This document shows, one piece after another, positions 8,861-18,572 of a DNA stretch of 64,000 nt. The notes beneath the pieces were generated by a model, which worked only from the letters and a program-made list of their open reading frames with translations, ran no database searches and was not told where the DNA came from. The stretch's first letter is position 1, and every line of letters begins with the position of its first letter. This stretch comes from Acidobacteriota bacterium (GTDB lineage: Bacteria > Acidobacteriota > UBA6911 > RPQK01 > CBDEGM01). The position numbers and the translations under genes were made by a program. The stretch spans positions 67,234 to 131,233 of the forward strand of contig CBDEGM010000002.1 of assembly GCA_965237715.1 (NCBI GenBank), given 5' to 3'.

Positions 8861-10295
8861 GAGACTGTCTCGGGTTTAGTTGAAAGTTGAGAGGCGGTTC
8901 GTCCGACCGACTCGTTAGAATCGGGTTGGTCAACAACCTTTTAAGGAGGAACCGCCATGAAGAAATCATATCGAATTGTCACCCGGAAGAACAGTCAGGG
9001 GCTGGCTGATTATCTGGCCCAGAACGGGCAACTGTTGCTCCCGATGGTGGAGCTGATCGAAGCCTCCCGGATGGCCATTGACGAGTTGATCGACATCCTG
9101 GGGCGAGCGAGCATGGAAGCGGTCTTGCAGCTTTCTGCCCGAAGTGTCGCCGGCGAAAAGCAACAAGGGCGCCCAGGCAAGCAGGTCGTTTGGTACGGCA
9201 CTCAGCCAGGGCGAGTCAGACTTTCGGAGCGGCAAGTGCGGGTTCGAAAGCCACGGCTGCGCAAGAAAGGCCAAGGTCGAGGCGGGGAGGTGGAGATCCC
9301 CGCCTATGAGGCGATCAACCGTAACGGGGAGCTGGGCAGCCGCATGCTGGAGATCTTGATGTGCAACGTTTCCACGCGCCACTACAGCCGCGTGATCCCC
9401 CAGATGGCCGACACGGTGGGAGTCAGCAAATCGTCCGTGAGCCGTCAGTTCATTGAGCAGAGCGGCCAGCAGCTGGAGCAGCTGGCCGAGCGACACTTTG
9501 ATGACGTTGAGTTTCTGATCATCTACATCGACGGCCTGGTCTTTGGCGAGCACCACGTGATCTGTGCCGCCGGCGTGGACTCGGAGGGCCAAAAGCACGT
9601 GCTGGGGCTGCGGGAAGGGGCCAGTGAAAACGCCGCCACCGCTACCTCCTTGCTGGAAGACCTGGTGGAGCGAGGCCTGGATTCCGGGCGACGCTATCTG
9701 TTTGTGATTGACGGCTCCAGGGCCCTGCGATGTGCCATTGACAAGGTCTTTGGCAAGGGCAGTCCGGTGCAGAGATGTCGTCGTCATAAGATTCGCAACG
9801 TGTGCGATCGATTGCCGGACGATCTGGCCGAGCAAGTCAAGTCAGTGATGCAGGCTGCTTATCGGCTGCCCTGGGAAGAAGGGAGGGTTCGGCTCAGAAA
9901 GCAGGCGGAGTGGCTCGAAGGGCTGCATCCCGATGCGGCAGCTAGCCTGCGAGAAGGTCTGGAAGAGACCTTCACCATCAATCGACTCGAGTTGTCTTCC
10001 TCCCTGCGCTTGTGTCTGGCCAGCACCAACCTGATTGAAAGCCCTCACTCTGGCGTGAGGATGCGGACCCGCCGAGTGAGCCGCTGGAAAGATAGCCAGA
10101 TGGTGCTGCGCTGGGCCGCCTCAGCCTTCCTGGAGACGGAGAAGAACTTCCGGCGCATCCAGGGCTACCAGGACCTCTGGATGCTGAAAGCCAAACTCAG
10201 AGACGAGGTTTCTATGGACGCCAAACGAAAGGTGGCTTAAGATCGTGCTCAACCTGAACCGCCCTTCACTTTCAACTGAGTTTGGGGCAGCCTCC
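8861..10295 (+). mobile_element. IS256-family insertion sequence, copy 1 (1435 bp), with an 8-bp target duplication tagaaaat
   Basis: Imperfect terminal inverted repeats: gagactgtctcgggtttagttgaaagttgagagg at one end and ggaggctgccccaaactcagttgaaagtgaaggg (reverse complement) at the other. Direct repeats tagaaaat at 8853-8860 and 10296-10303. It sits inside IS1380 copy A. Confidence 0.85.
8957..10240 (+). CDS. IS256-family (Mutator-type) DDE transposase
   Basis: 427 aa with the IS256 transposase architecture. It is more than 99% identical to the ORFs at 21334-22617 and 27012-28295. Confidence 0.85.
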   Translation: MKKSYRIVTRKNSQGLADYLAQNGQLLLPMVELIEASRMAIDELIDILGRASMEAVLQLSARSVAGEKQQGRPGKQVVWYGTQPGRVRLSERQVRVRKPRLRKKGQGRGGEVEIPAYEAINRNGELGSRMLEILMCNVSTRHYSRVIPQMADTVGVSKSSVSRQFIEQSGQQLEQLAERHFDDVEFLIIYIDGLVFGEHHVICAAGVDSEGQKHVLGLREGASENAATATSLLEDLVERGLDSGRRYLFVIDGSRALRCAIDKVFGKGSPVQRCRRHKIRNVCDRLPDDLAEQVKSVMQAAYRLPWEEGRVRLRKQAEWLEGLHPDAAASLREGLEETFTINRLELSSSLRLCLASTNLIESPHSGVRMRTRRVSRWKDSQMVLRWAASAFLETEKNFRRIQGYQDLWMLKAKLRDEVSMDAKRKVA

Positions 10296-10546
10296 TAGAA
10301 AATTGCCCAGGTTGTAGGCCAAGACAAACAGAGCCAACCTCACCTGATTCGGGACAAAGCGCTGGCAGGACAGGCGAGTCCAGTGCAACGCATACTTGCC
10401 TTCCTTGATCCACTGCTCGGCTGTGCCACGACCGTTATAGAAGTGAACCACCCCGGGTGTTAATGCTCACTGAGAACCGTAGTTTTTTGGACACCCGCCG
10501 GTAGTTAACTCAACATCATCCGCACCGCAGGTGCGCGTTTCATCAT

Positions 10547-10577
10547 CCGCGCTTGAAAAGCGCGGGGCCATTTTTTC
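10547..10577 (+). terminator. Intrinsic-terminator-like hairpin plus T-run inside the IS21 left arm
   Basis: ccgcgc ttgaaaa gcgcgg forms a 6-bp stem, followed by ggcca tttttt. Confidence 0.45.
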
Positions 10578-10747
10578 CTGAACAGTTGGTGTAGTGTCTG
10601 GGGGCCAAAGGTGGAAAGGACCTCGACCCTTTGACCGAGAATCGAGGTCCGGTTGTGGCAACCCCGTTACAAGTGGAGAACCACCGCAGACTTCACTGTA
10701 GCCTGTCATGATCCTGGGCTGTTGTCCAGTTCCGCCGGGACTGGACT

Positions 10748-11191
10748 ATGGCCGATCCGCTGGTTGTTTTCCGCCTCCGCTCGTGCCGCGCTGCAGGCTG
10801 CGGTGCACTGTTTTGGATCTGTCGCCGTTGCGGCCGAGGCCATCGCTATTGCAGTGTGCGCTGTCGGCAACAAGCGCGCCGCCAGCAGTGCCGGGAAGCC
10901 AATCGGCGGCATCAACAGTCCCCCGGGGGGCGACTGGATCATCGAGACCGTCAGCGCGCGTATCGGCGGCGGCCGGAGCGCGTGACGGATCAAGGTAGAC
11001 GCGAGGATCGCATCTTCGTCAGCATGGCTGCCGTAGCCTCCCTCCAGTTCTCCCTGCCGGGAAAGGAGGGGGAGCCTCGAAAGGAGCGCCATGTCCCATC
11101 CCATGGGGAGCGTCCCCGCCGTTTTCGGGTTCGCTGTGTCGTGTGTGGTCGGTCCGGCCACTGGATCCATCTGTTTCGGGAAGGAGGGTGA
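10748..11191 (+). CDS. Hypothetical Cys-rich small protein (zinc-ribbon-like C-x4-C...C-x2-C...C-x3-C) upstream of istA; possibly an IS21 passenger, or spurious
   Basis: 147 aa containing SCRAAGCGALFWICRRCGRGHRYCSVRCRQQ. Coding potential is uncertain in this high-GC region, and it overlaps a 400-aa antisense ORF that I judge spurious. Confidence 0.25.
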   Translation: MADPLVVFRLRSCRAAGCGALFWICRRCGRGHRYCSVRCRQQARRQQCREANRRHQQSPGGRLDHRDRQRAYRRRPERVTDQGRREDRIFVSMAAVASLQFSLPGKEGEPRKERHVPSHGERPRRFRVRCVVCGRSGHWIHLFREGG

Positions 11192-11194
11192 AGC

Positions 11195-12679
11195 ATGATC
11201 GATCGAGAACTGCTCGCCCGAATCCGCCATCTTTTCCATGCCGAACATTGGAAGATCGGGACCATTGCTGATCACTTGGGGCTTCACTGGGAGACCGTGC
11301 GCCAGGCTCTCCAGACCGATCGCTTCAATCGCCAGAAGATGGAACGGCCCCGTCTGACCGATCCCTACCTTCCCTTTATCCGAGAGACCCTGGAGCGCTA
11401 CCCTCGGCTTCGTGTCACGCGTCTGTTCGAGATGCTGCGCGCCCGGGGCTACACGGGCTCGGTCGTGCAGTTGCGGCGCGTGGTGGCCACGCTGCGCCCC
11501 ACCCCTCGGGAGGCCTTCCTGCGTCTGCGGACCTTCCCGGGGGAGGCGGGTCAAGCCGACTGGGCGCACTTCGGTAAAGTCCGGGTGGGCCGTGCCGAGC
11601 GCATCCTGTCCTGCTTTGTGTTCACCCCCTCCTATTCGCGGGCGCTGTTTCTGGAGTTTTGTTTTGACCAGCAAATGGAAAACTTCCTGCGCGCTCACAT
11701 CCACGCCTTCGAAGACATCGGTTGTCCACGCACCATCCTGTACGACAACACCAAAAGCGTCGTGTTGGAACGTCGGGGCGAGGCTGTTCACTTTCATCCG
11801 CGCCTGTTGGAGCTGGCCGCCCATTATCACTTTGCGCCACGCCCCTGCCACCCCTACCGGGCTTCCGAGAAAGGGCGCGTCGAAAGAGCCATCTCCTATG
11901 TGCGCCATTCCTTCTTCGCCGCCCGTCCCTTTAGCACGCTCTCAGACTTCAACCGTCAAGCGCTCCTCTGGCGCGACCAGGTAGCGCATCGTCGGCCCTG
12001 GCCCGGCGGCGATGGGCGCACCGTCGAGGAAGTGTGGGAGGAAGAAAAAGCCTTCCTTCTTCCCTTGCCGGCTCATCGCCTGGAAACCGATCTGGTTCTG
12101 CCGGTCCGCTCCCGCAAAACCATCTACATCCGTTTTGATTTAAACGACTATTCGATCCCGCCTTCGGCCGTGGGCCGGCCCCTGACACTGGTGGCCTCCG
12201 AGCAGACGGTGCGCATTTTGGACGGAAGCACCGAGATCGCCCGCCATCTCCGCTCCTATGACCGCCACGACGTCCGCACCGATCCGGCTCACCAGGAAGC
12301 GCTGCTGGCGGAAAAACGCCAGGCGCTGGGGGCCACCCCCGGTGGCCGACTGCTGGCCGCCGTTCCGGAAACGGAAACCTTGCTGGACGAGGCCTTTCAG
12401 CGCGGAGAGCCCACCGGCCGCCAGACGGCCAAGCTGGTGGAACTCTTGGATCTCTATGGGGCCGAAGAGCTGCAGGCGGCGGTGCGTGAAGCCCTGCAAC
12501 GGGGCACCCCGCGCGCCGCCTCGGTGGCCTTTCTGCTGGGCCGGCGCCAGCGCGCTCAGGGGCGAAAGGCGCCTCTACCCATTGAGTTGCGCCAGCGTCC
12601 CGAACTGGAGGACCTCTATGTCCAATCCCATAACCCGGAGACCTATGACGAACTGGCTTCCGATGACGACGAATCCTGA
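11195..12679 (+). CDS. istA: IS21-family transposase IstA
   Basis: 494 aa with an N-terminal HTH, a DDE integrase core, and an acidic C-terminus (DDDES). GGAGGG lies 8 nt upstream of the ATG. Confidence 0.85.
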   Translation: MIDRELLARIRHLFHAEHWKIGTIADHLGLHWETVRQALQTDRFNRQKMERPRLTDPYLPFIRETLERYPRLRVTRLFEMLRARGYTGSVVQLRRVVATLRPTPREAFLRLRTFPGEAGQADWAHFGKVRVGRAERILSCFVFTPSYSRALFLEFCFDQQMENFLRAHIHAFEDIGCPRTILYDNTKSVVLERRGEAVHFHPRLLELAAHYHFAPRPCHPYRASEKGRVERAISYVRHSFFAARPFSTLSDFNRQALLWRDQVAHRRPWPGGDGRTVEEVWEEEKAFLLPLPAHRLETDLVLPVRSRKTIYIRFDLNDYSIPPSAVGRPLTLVASEQTVRILDGSTEIARHLRSYDRHDVRTDPAHQEALLAEKRQALGATPGGRLLAAVPETETLLDEAFQRGEPTGRQTAKLVELLDLYGAEELQAAVREALQRGTPRAASVAFLLGRRQRAQGRKAPLPIELRQRPELEDLYVQSHNPETYDELASDDDES

Positions 12680-13427
12680 TCTGATGCAGCTTTTGCACAA
12701 GACCGGTCTGGTGACGCTCGCCGGTGAGCTGGAGGATTTTCTGGCCCGCGCCACCAAGGGGCGCTGGTCCCCCCGTCAGATCTTGGAGGAACTGGCTCGT
12801 CGGGAGCATGAGGAGCGAGCCCAACGCAGTCTCAAGCGGCGTCTGCGCCTGGCCAAGATCGGCCGCTTCAAGCCGATGGATGACTTTGACTGGAACTGGC
12901 CGACCCGGATCGACCGGGAAGCCATTGAGCGCGCCTTTACCCTGGACTTTATCCAGGAAGGCCGCAACCTCGTCTTACTGGGTACCAACGGCCTGGGAAA
13001 AACCATGATCATCAAGAATCTGGCTTACCAGTCCGTCCTGGCCGGCTACTCTGTGCTCTTTCGAACCGCCTCGGAGATTCTCGACGACCTGCAATCGGAG
13101 GCGCCGGAACTGCAGCGCCGCAAGCTGAAAAAATACGCGCGCCCGCAGGTGCTCTACCTCGATGAAGTCGGCTGTCTCACCTACGACAGTGAGGCCGCCG
13201 ACCTGCTCCATGAAATCGTCAACCGGCGCTATGAGTGCCGGTCGCTCGTGCTGACCTCCAACAAAGCCTTTAAGGAGTGGAATAGCGTCTTTCCCCAATC
13301 CGGCTGCTTGATTGCGCTTCTGGACCGTCTCACCCACCATGCTGACGTCACTGTGATGGAGGGGCAAAGCTACCGCGTGCGGGAAAGCGAGCAGGAAGCG
13401 GCCGCCCGTCGCAAGAAAACAAGATGA
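12663..13427 (+). CDS. istB: IS21-family helper ATPase IstB
   Basis: The start ATG at 12663 (alternatively 12645) overlaps the istA stop. Walker [13 protein letters not shown] and Walker B VLYLDEVG are present. The 389-aa track ORF is an upstream extension in the same frame. Confidence 0.8.
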   Translation: MTTNPDLMQLLHKTGLVTLAGELEDFLARATKGRWSPRQILEELARREHEERAQRSLKRRLRLAKIGRFKPMDDFDWNWPTRIDREAIERAFTLDFIQEGRNLVLLGTNGLGKTMIIKNLAYQSVLAGYSVLFRTASEILDDLQSEAPELQRRKLKKYARPQVLYLDEVGCLTYDSEAADLLHEIVNRRYECRSLVLTSNKAFKEWNSVFPQSGCLIALLDRLTHHADVTVMEGQSYRVRESEQEAAARRKKTR

Positions 13428-13803
13428 GCACTCCCGTCCAGCGTCGCGCTCATATCCAGACCCTCTTGGCGGATTATCTCGAACTTCCCCATACGCCCAC
13501 TCGAGCACGCCCGCCGGATCGGCGACTCGCCGCTCACTTCTATGACCGCGCTATCCCTCTGGCCACCGTCCAGGATGCCTTCCTGGTGGCGACCAGCCGC
13601 CGTCTTTTCCGAGACCCAGCGCTTCCTCGACTTTCTCCCATTCGCTCCCTTTACTACTTCCTCCCCATTGTCGAAGAGTTGCTTCAGTATCCGCTCCCCC
13701 ACGGTTACGCTCAGTATCTCGAACGCAAACCACGCGCCCATCACAAGCCCAAGGAGGGGCACCCCATGGAAAAACCCGTTGATCGAGGTTCGCCACCCGG
13801 CGT

Positions 13804-14864
13804 GTGTTCAGAAAAGTTCAGATCCTCGTGATCGCTAACAGGCCGGACTTGGGGACACGACTGGAATCTGGTCACATCGACATTCCCAGGATGAAGGAGG
13901 GGGGCCTTGACGCCCAGTTCTTTGCGGCCTGGATCGATTCTCCTTACCGGGGACCTGCGGCTACCAAACGGGCCCTTCAGTTAGTCGATGTCTTCCACAG
14001 GGTGTTGGAACAATATCCTGATGAGATCGTCCTCGCACTCAACAGCTCCGATATTAAGCGGGTGTCGGGCGAAGGGAAGTTGGCTGCGCTGCTGGGAATC
14101 GAAGGAGGACATGCTATTGATGGTGATCTGGGGATGTTGAGGATATTCCACCAACTGGGTGTTCGTTACATGACGCTGACCTGGTCCAATAGCAACGCGT
14201 TTGCCGACTCCTCGGGGGACAAGCCTCGCTGGAACGGGTTGAACGAGCTGGGGAGAGCAGTTGTGGCCGAAATGAACCGCATTGGAATGATGGTTGACAT
14301 TTCCCACGTAGCGATGAAACGTTTTGGGACGTCATAGAGGTGACCAACCAACCCGTCATCGCGTCACATTCTTCCGCACGGGCCCTTCAAGACGTACCGA
14401 GGAATATGAGCGATGATATGCTCAAGGCGGTGGCGCGCAATGGTGGGGTGGTGGGAATCAATTTCTATTCTGCATTTCTCAGCCCCAGCTACACGCGGCA
14501 AACTCGCCAGGCCCGCTCCCCACGACCTAGTGTGGGAGAACTGCTGAGAAGGTTTGACGGAGATGTGGACCGCGTCGCTTCAGAGCGCTACAAAATCGGG
14601 CAGGCTCCTTCCCCCGTTGTGCCTCCTCCCTTGGACGCGCTGATTGATCACATTGACCATGTAGCCAGAGTTGCGGGGATAGAGCACGTCGGTCTGGGCT
14701 CAGACTTCGATGGAGTGGATTCGCTCCCTGACGGCATGCGCGACGTCAGGGATCTTCCCAAGATCACCGAAGCGCTGCTCCAGCGAGGATACACGAGAGG
14801 GGAGATTCGCAAGATCCTTGGGGAGAACTTCCTCCGGGTTCTTCAGGAAGTGACCGGTAGCTGA
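13804..14864 (+). pseudogene. Membrane dipeptidase (peptidase M19, renal dipeptidase family) disrupted by a 1-nt deletion at about 14309-14312
   Basis: ORF 13804-14337 ends ...VDISHVAMKRFGTS*. The neighbouring frame reads SDETFWDVIEVTNQPVIASHSSARAL and continues to 14864. Restoring one A in gtaagc rejoins ISHVSDETFWDV, a conserved M19 motif. Confidence 0.7.
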
Positions 14865-14906
14865 GAGAAGGCGACACGCAAGCTGGATCTGTGGTTGCCG
14901 AGACCC

Positions 14907-15827
14907 TTATCCAATCAGTCCGAATTCGACTTCGGTCACGCTCTTTAAAGCATCGTGCATATACTTCTTGATCTTGGCGACCAATGCCTTCTCGCTCAAT
15001 CGAACCGCTTCCCGTGTGACGCCAAACTGATCGCCGATTTCCTGGAGTGTTTTCGGGTCTTCGGCGATCAGGCGTTCCTTGAGAATGGCCTTTTCCCGCT
15101 TGTTGAGGCTCTGCGAAAATTCCTTAAGCTTTTCATTGAACAACTTCTTAAGCTCTCCTCGAGCCAGTTTTTCATCGATGAGTTCCTCGGCCGCGCTCAA
15201 ATTGTCCAGGTATGTTGTCGATTCCTCATGATTGATGTAACCATCGAGCCTTAAATCCCTCGATTGGATCGCCTGATCTATTTCGCGAACGTCCTCCAAA
15301 GGGACTTTCAGCCGCTTTGCGATCAAAGCCGGATCGGGATCAATTCCTTGTAGCCGAAGTTTTTCTTTCTCCCGACGCAGGTTAAAGAGTAACTTGCGCC
15401 TGGTGTTGGTTGTTCCCGCACGGACGATCCGGAAATTGTCCAGGATGAACTTGATGATATATGCCTTGATCCACCAAGTCGCATAGGTAGGAAGACGGGC
15501 CCCTTTGTACGGGTCAAAGCGTCGTACCGCTTCCATGAGGCCGACGTTCCCTTCCTGGATCAGATCCAGAACGTTGAAATAAACGCGGTTGTAGAGCATG
15601 GCGATTTTCACCACCAGTCTCAGATTGGCGGTGATCAGCCGATGGGCGGCGCGCTGGTCGCCCTTTTCTTGATAGAGCGTTGCCAGCCGTTGTTCTTCTT
15701 CCGGAGTCAGTGGCTCAAACAGCTTGATTTCCAACAGGTATCTCTGCAGCGGCTCGAGCCGCACCAGTTTTCCCTGTTTCTGGAGACCTTTCTTCGCTTC
15801 CTGCTGCAGCGGCTCTTTTTCTGGCAT
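14907..15827 (-). CDS. Sigma-70 family RNA polymerase sigma factor, RpoH-like (sigma-32)
   Basis: Region 2 (DLIQEGNVGLMEAVRRFDP), an RpoH-box-like TRRKLLFNLRREKEKL, and region 4 (TLQEIGDQFGVTREAVRLSEKALVAKIK). The start is placed at the internal MPEKEP (15827); the track ORF extends to 15941. Confidence 0.7.
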   Translation of the reverse strand: MPEKEPLQQEAKKGLQKQGKLVRLEPLQRYLLEIKLFEPLTPEEEQRLATLYQEKGDQRAAHRLITANLRLVVKIAMLYNRVYFNVLDLIQEGNVGLMEAVRRFDPYKGARLPTYATWWIKAYIIKFILDNFRIVRAGTTNTRRKLLFNLRREKEKLRLQGIDPDPALIAKRLKVPLEDVREIDQAIQSRDLRLDGYINHEESTTYLDNLSAAEELIDEKLARGELKKLFNEKLKEFSQSLNKREKAILKERLIAEDPKTLQEIGDQFGVTREAVRLSEKALVAKIKKYMHDALKSVTEVEFGLIG

Positions 15828-16037
15828 GCTGGGACAGGACACTAGCTTACCATTTTTGCTGTTTTTGGTTGTTTTTGGTGACACGCACGGGATTCGCTTC
15901 AGAAGCCGCGTAGATACTGCATCGGTATTGGAGGCTGGCACCTAATTACGGGACAAATCTTTGACAGCTCAACAAGGTGAGGTAGTAAGAAACGCATAAA
16001 GATGTCTACATCCCGACCGACTGAATTTAGGAGCGTG

Positions 16038-17042
16038 TCACCTAACGAATTGTTCGTAAAGCGCGACGTCCTCAGAACTGCCTATCGCCAGCGGGATGGT
16101 CTGATGAAGTGAAGTAGGGCTAATATCCAGAATCCTCTCCCGCCCTGTAGAGGCTCGGCCTCCTGCCTGCTCGACGATGAAAGCGAGGGGATTGGCCTCA
16201 TAGAGAAGCCGTAGTTTGGCCTTAGGTTGTTGAGGGTTCTTGTAACTGGCTGGGTAGAGGAATATTCCACCTTGAAGCAGGTTACGATGAAAGTCGGCGA
16301 CCAGGGAACCGATATATCGCAGCGAGTAGGCTTTGCCCTGATTGGCCTGGGGCGTCTTGAGAAACTGAATGTACTTTCGGGTGCCTTCATTCCACACTTG
16401 TGAGTTCCCTTCATTGATCGAATAGATGGATCCCCGGGAGGGGATGCGTAGATTCGCATGGGAGAGGACAAATTCTCCAATGCCGGGATCCAGCGTGAAC
16501 CCGAAAACTCCCTGCCCTGTGCTGTAGATCAGCATTGTGCTGGAGCCAAAGATCGCATAGCCTGCGGCAACCTGCTCCGAGCCCGGCTGAAGGCAATCCT
16601 CCAGTGTTCCTTCGGGGCCGCGGCTCTTCCTTTGCAGGATTGAAAAGATCGTGCCGACGCCGACATTGACATCGATGTTGGAAGAGCCATCCAGGGGATC
16701 GTATATCAACACGTATTCCCCCTTTTTGAAGTGGTCAGGGATGGGAATGATCTCTGGGTCCTCTTCAGAGGCCATCAGGCAAAGGTGTCCTCCGTGATCC
16801 ATCGCCTGGAGAATGGTTTGGTGAGCAAAAACATCCAGCTTTCTAACCTTTTCCCCGTGAATGTTCTCCTGGCCGGCTAAGCCCAGGATTTCGGTCAGCC
16901 CTGCCCGGTTTACTTCCCTGGAGATGATCTTGAAAGCGACGGTCAAGTCCCAGAGCAAGGCTGTGAATTCTCCCGTTGCCCCGCGGAAATGCTTTTCCTG
17001 ATCGACCAGATGCCGACCGATAGTGAACCTGCCAGTAGCCAT
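16038..17042 (-). CDS. fbp: Fructose-1,6-bisphosphatase class I
   Basis: 334 aa. FBPase motifs are present: LIYDPLDGSSNIDVNVGVGTIFSI and GKLRLLYEANPLAFIVEQAGG. Confidence 0.85.
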   Translation of the reverse strand: MATGRFTIGRHLVDQEKHFRGATGEFTALLWDLTVAFKIISREVNRAGLTEILGLAGQENIHGEKVRKLDVFAHQTILQAMDHGGHLCLMASEEDPEIIPIPDHFKKGEYVLIYDPLDGSSNIDVNVGVGTIFSILQRKSRGPEGTLEDCLQPGSEQVAAGYAIFGSSTMLIYSTGQGVFGFTLDPGIGEFVLSHANLRIPSRGSIYSINEGNSQVWNEGTRKYIQFLKTPQANQGKAYSLRYIGSLVADFHRNLLQGGIFLYPASYKNPQQPKAKLRLLYEANPLAFIVEQAGGRASTGRERILDISPTSLHQTIPLAIGSSEDVALYEQFVR

Positions 17043-17048
17043 GGTCTT

Positions 17049-18305
17049 TCAGTGCACGGTCTTTGTTTTCTTGGACATAAAATCCATTAGGATGTAATTG
17101 GCGAGGTTCATGCTCGTGGTGAAGTAGGCCTTCCCTCGGCAGATTTCCGTGACCTTTTTGATGAAATCTACCAAATAGTAATCGCGGGCCAGCATGAAGG
17201 TATTGACTAAGATGTCGGCCTTGCGGCAGTAGGTGACCTCCTTGTAGGTTTCCTGCAAGATGATAGGGTCCAGGCCAAATGGATTCTTGTAGATTCTCCC
17301 ATTGGGCAGGGTGACTGCGGAAGGTTTTCCGTCGGTGATCATGATGATTTGACGCATGTCCTTCTTTTGCTTCAAGAGAAGACGCCGCGAAAGCCGCAAA
17401 CCCTCACAGGTGTTCGTGTGGTAGGGCCCCACCTTAACGGAGGGAAGCTTCCCCAGTGGGATCTCTTCGGAAGAGTCATGGAAAAGCACGACCTGCAAGG
17501 AATCGCCGGGGAACTGCGTTCGGATAAGGTGGGCCAGTGCAAGTGCCACTTTCTTAGCGGGAGTAAAGCGGTCCTCACCGTAAAGAATCATGCTGTGGCT
17601 GCAGTCGAGCATCAGAACCGTTGCGCACGAACTCTGATACTCGGACTGATAAACCATCAGATCGTTATACTCCAGGCTGATGGGTACGCCCACGCCTTCG
17701 CGTTTCACTGCATTCATCAAGGTGGCGCTGATGTCAAGATTAAGAACGTCGCCGAATTCGTAGGGCCGGCTGTGGGCGTCGGTCTCTACCCCGGTAGAAA
17801 GTTCGCGAGCCTCATGGAGGCCGAAACTACTGCGTCCCAGAGAGCCCATTAGTTCCCGCAGGGTCTTATAGCCCAGGAAATCGATACTCTTGTCGGTTAG
17901 CTCAAAACGAATGTTGTGCAACGGCTCGCGCTCTCTTGCAGAGCCTTGGGTACCAGGTCCTGATTCCTCTTCCTGCGAGGCCCGCAGATAGCCTTCGTCG
18001 ATCAGACGATGGATCAGCTGATCGAAGAAATCCCTGATCTCATCCGGCAATTCTGATTCCGGAAGGTCTTCCAGGTACTCCTCTAAAGCGTCGCGCCATT
18101 CCTGTGTGAGGTGTTCGCTCTCTGCCAGGATTTCTGCGAGAGTCTGATACAGATTCTCCAGATTTTGTTCAGATCGCTGGTATGGAGAAAACTGTGAATA
18201 GAAACCACTTTCTAGAAAAAAGTTTTTGAGCTGGCTCAAGAGAGAGCCCAAGTCTATCTGATTCAACGGGTTGGGTACGTATTTTCTGTAGCGAACCTTG
18301 GCCAT
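17049..18305 (-). CDS. VWA-domain protein (ChlD/CoxE-like C-terminal von Willebrand A domain)
   Basis: The VWA MIDAS region is MLDCSHSM...ITDGKPSA. It lies downstream of a ChlI-like ATPase. The likely ATG start is at 18303-18305 (MAKVRYRKY); the track ORF begins at a GTG at 18353. Confidence 0.6.
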   Translation of the reverse strand: MAKVRYRKYVPNPLNQIDLGSLLSQLKNFFLESGFYSQFSPYQRSEQNLENLYQTLAEILAESEHLTQEWRDALEEYLEDLPESELPDEIRDFFDQLIHRLIDEGYLRASQEEESGPGTQGSAREREPLHNIRFELTDKSIDFLGYKTLRELMGSLGRSSFGLHEARELSTGVETDAHSRPYEFGDVLNLDISATLMNAVKREGVGVPISLEYNDLMVYQSEYQSSCATVLMLDCSHSMILYGEDRFTPAKKVALALAHLIRTQFPGDSLQVVLFHDSSEEIPLGKLPSVKVGPYHTNTCEGLRLSRRLLLKQKKDMRQIIMITDGKPSAVTLPNGRIYKNPFGLDPIILQETYKEVTYCRKADILVNTFMLARDYYLVDFIKKVTEICRGKAYFTTSMNLANYILMDFMSKKTKTVH

Positions 18306-18370
18306 GGAATCACCACTGACCACTGACACGACTGATAACCGAGAACTGACCACTGAGAATTGACCATGAA
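18306..18370. repeat. Heptanucleotide (GTGGTCA / CAGTGGT) array directly upstream of the VWA gene start
   Basis: tcatggtcaattctcagtggtcagttctcggttatcagtcgtgtcagtggtcagtggtgattcc precedes the ATG; read on the minus strand. Confidence 0.5.
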
Positions 18371-18572
18371 ATGGCCCTATTGGATAGCTTCGCCAGTCAT
18401 CCTTTGTCAGTTGAAACTCTTCTTCTGCTCGGGGAAGTCTTCGTAGTATTCCCCGTCCCGCTTCTCGGCTACCTTGTAGTAGCCTTTCTTTTCGCTGCGG
18501 TTCAGCTTCTTCTGGGTGTAGAGTCCCTCCAGGATCAGCTCAATGATAGAAATTGTTGTCTCAAGGTTCTTT

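Larger units (their letters stand above)
8450..10455. mobile_element. IS1380-family element copy A, transposase-distal end. It is interrupted by IS256 at 8861-10295 and truncated at 10455 by the IS21 element
   Basis: 8450-8852 and 10304-10455 are collinear with 47360-47468 and 50644-51105 of the full copy (for example tgtccatcaaaagcgcctctgatccc and gaagtgaaccacccc). Identity is lost exactly at the IS256 and IS21 junctions. Confidence 0.65.
10456..13430 (+). mobile_element. IS21-family element (left terminus at the IS1380 break; right terminus not resolved)
   Basis: Overlapping istA-istB gene pair. The left boundary is placed where IS1380 identity ends (10455). I found no right inverted repeat. 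Confidence 0.55.

Noticed and set aside
8966-9835. 289-aa ORF antisense to the IS256 transposase, present in all three IS copies
   Set aside because: Its conservation is explained by the near-identity of the IS copies, not by selection. It is entirely antisense to the transposase and has a low-complexity translation.
10706-11908. 400-aa ORF on the minus strand covering the IS21 left arm and the istA 5' region
   Set aside because: It is antisense to a strongly supported istA. The translation is low-complexity (Gly/Pro/Ala/Arg-rich), as expected for random open frames in 65% GC DNA.
13424-13831. 135-aa ORF between istB and the dipeptidase
   Set aside because: It has no motifs, overlaps the probable 5' end of the dipeptidase gene in another frame, and the IS21 right end is unresolved. 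There is insufficient support to call a gene.
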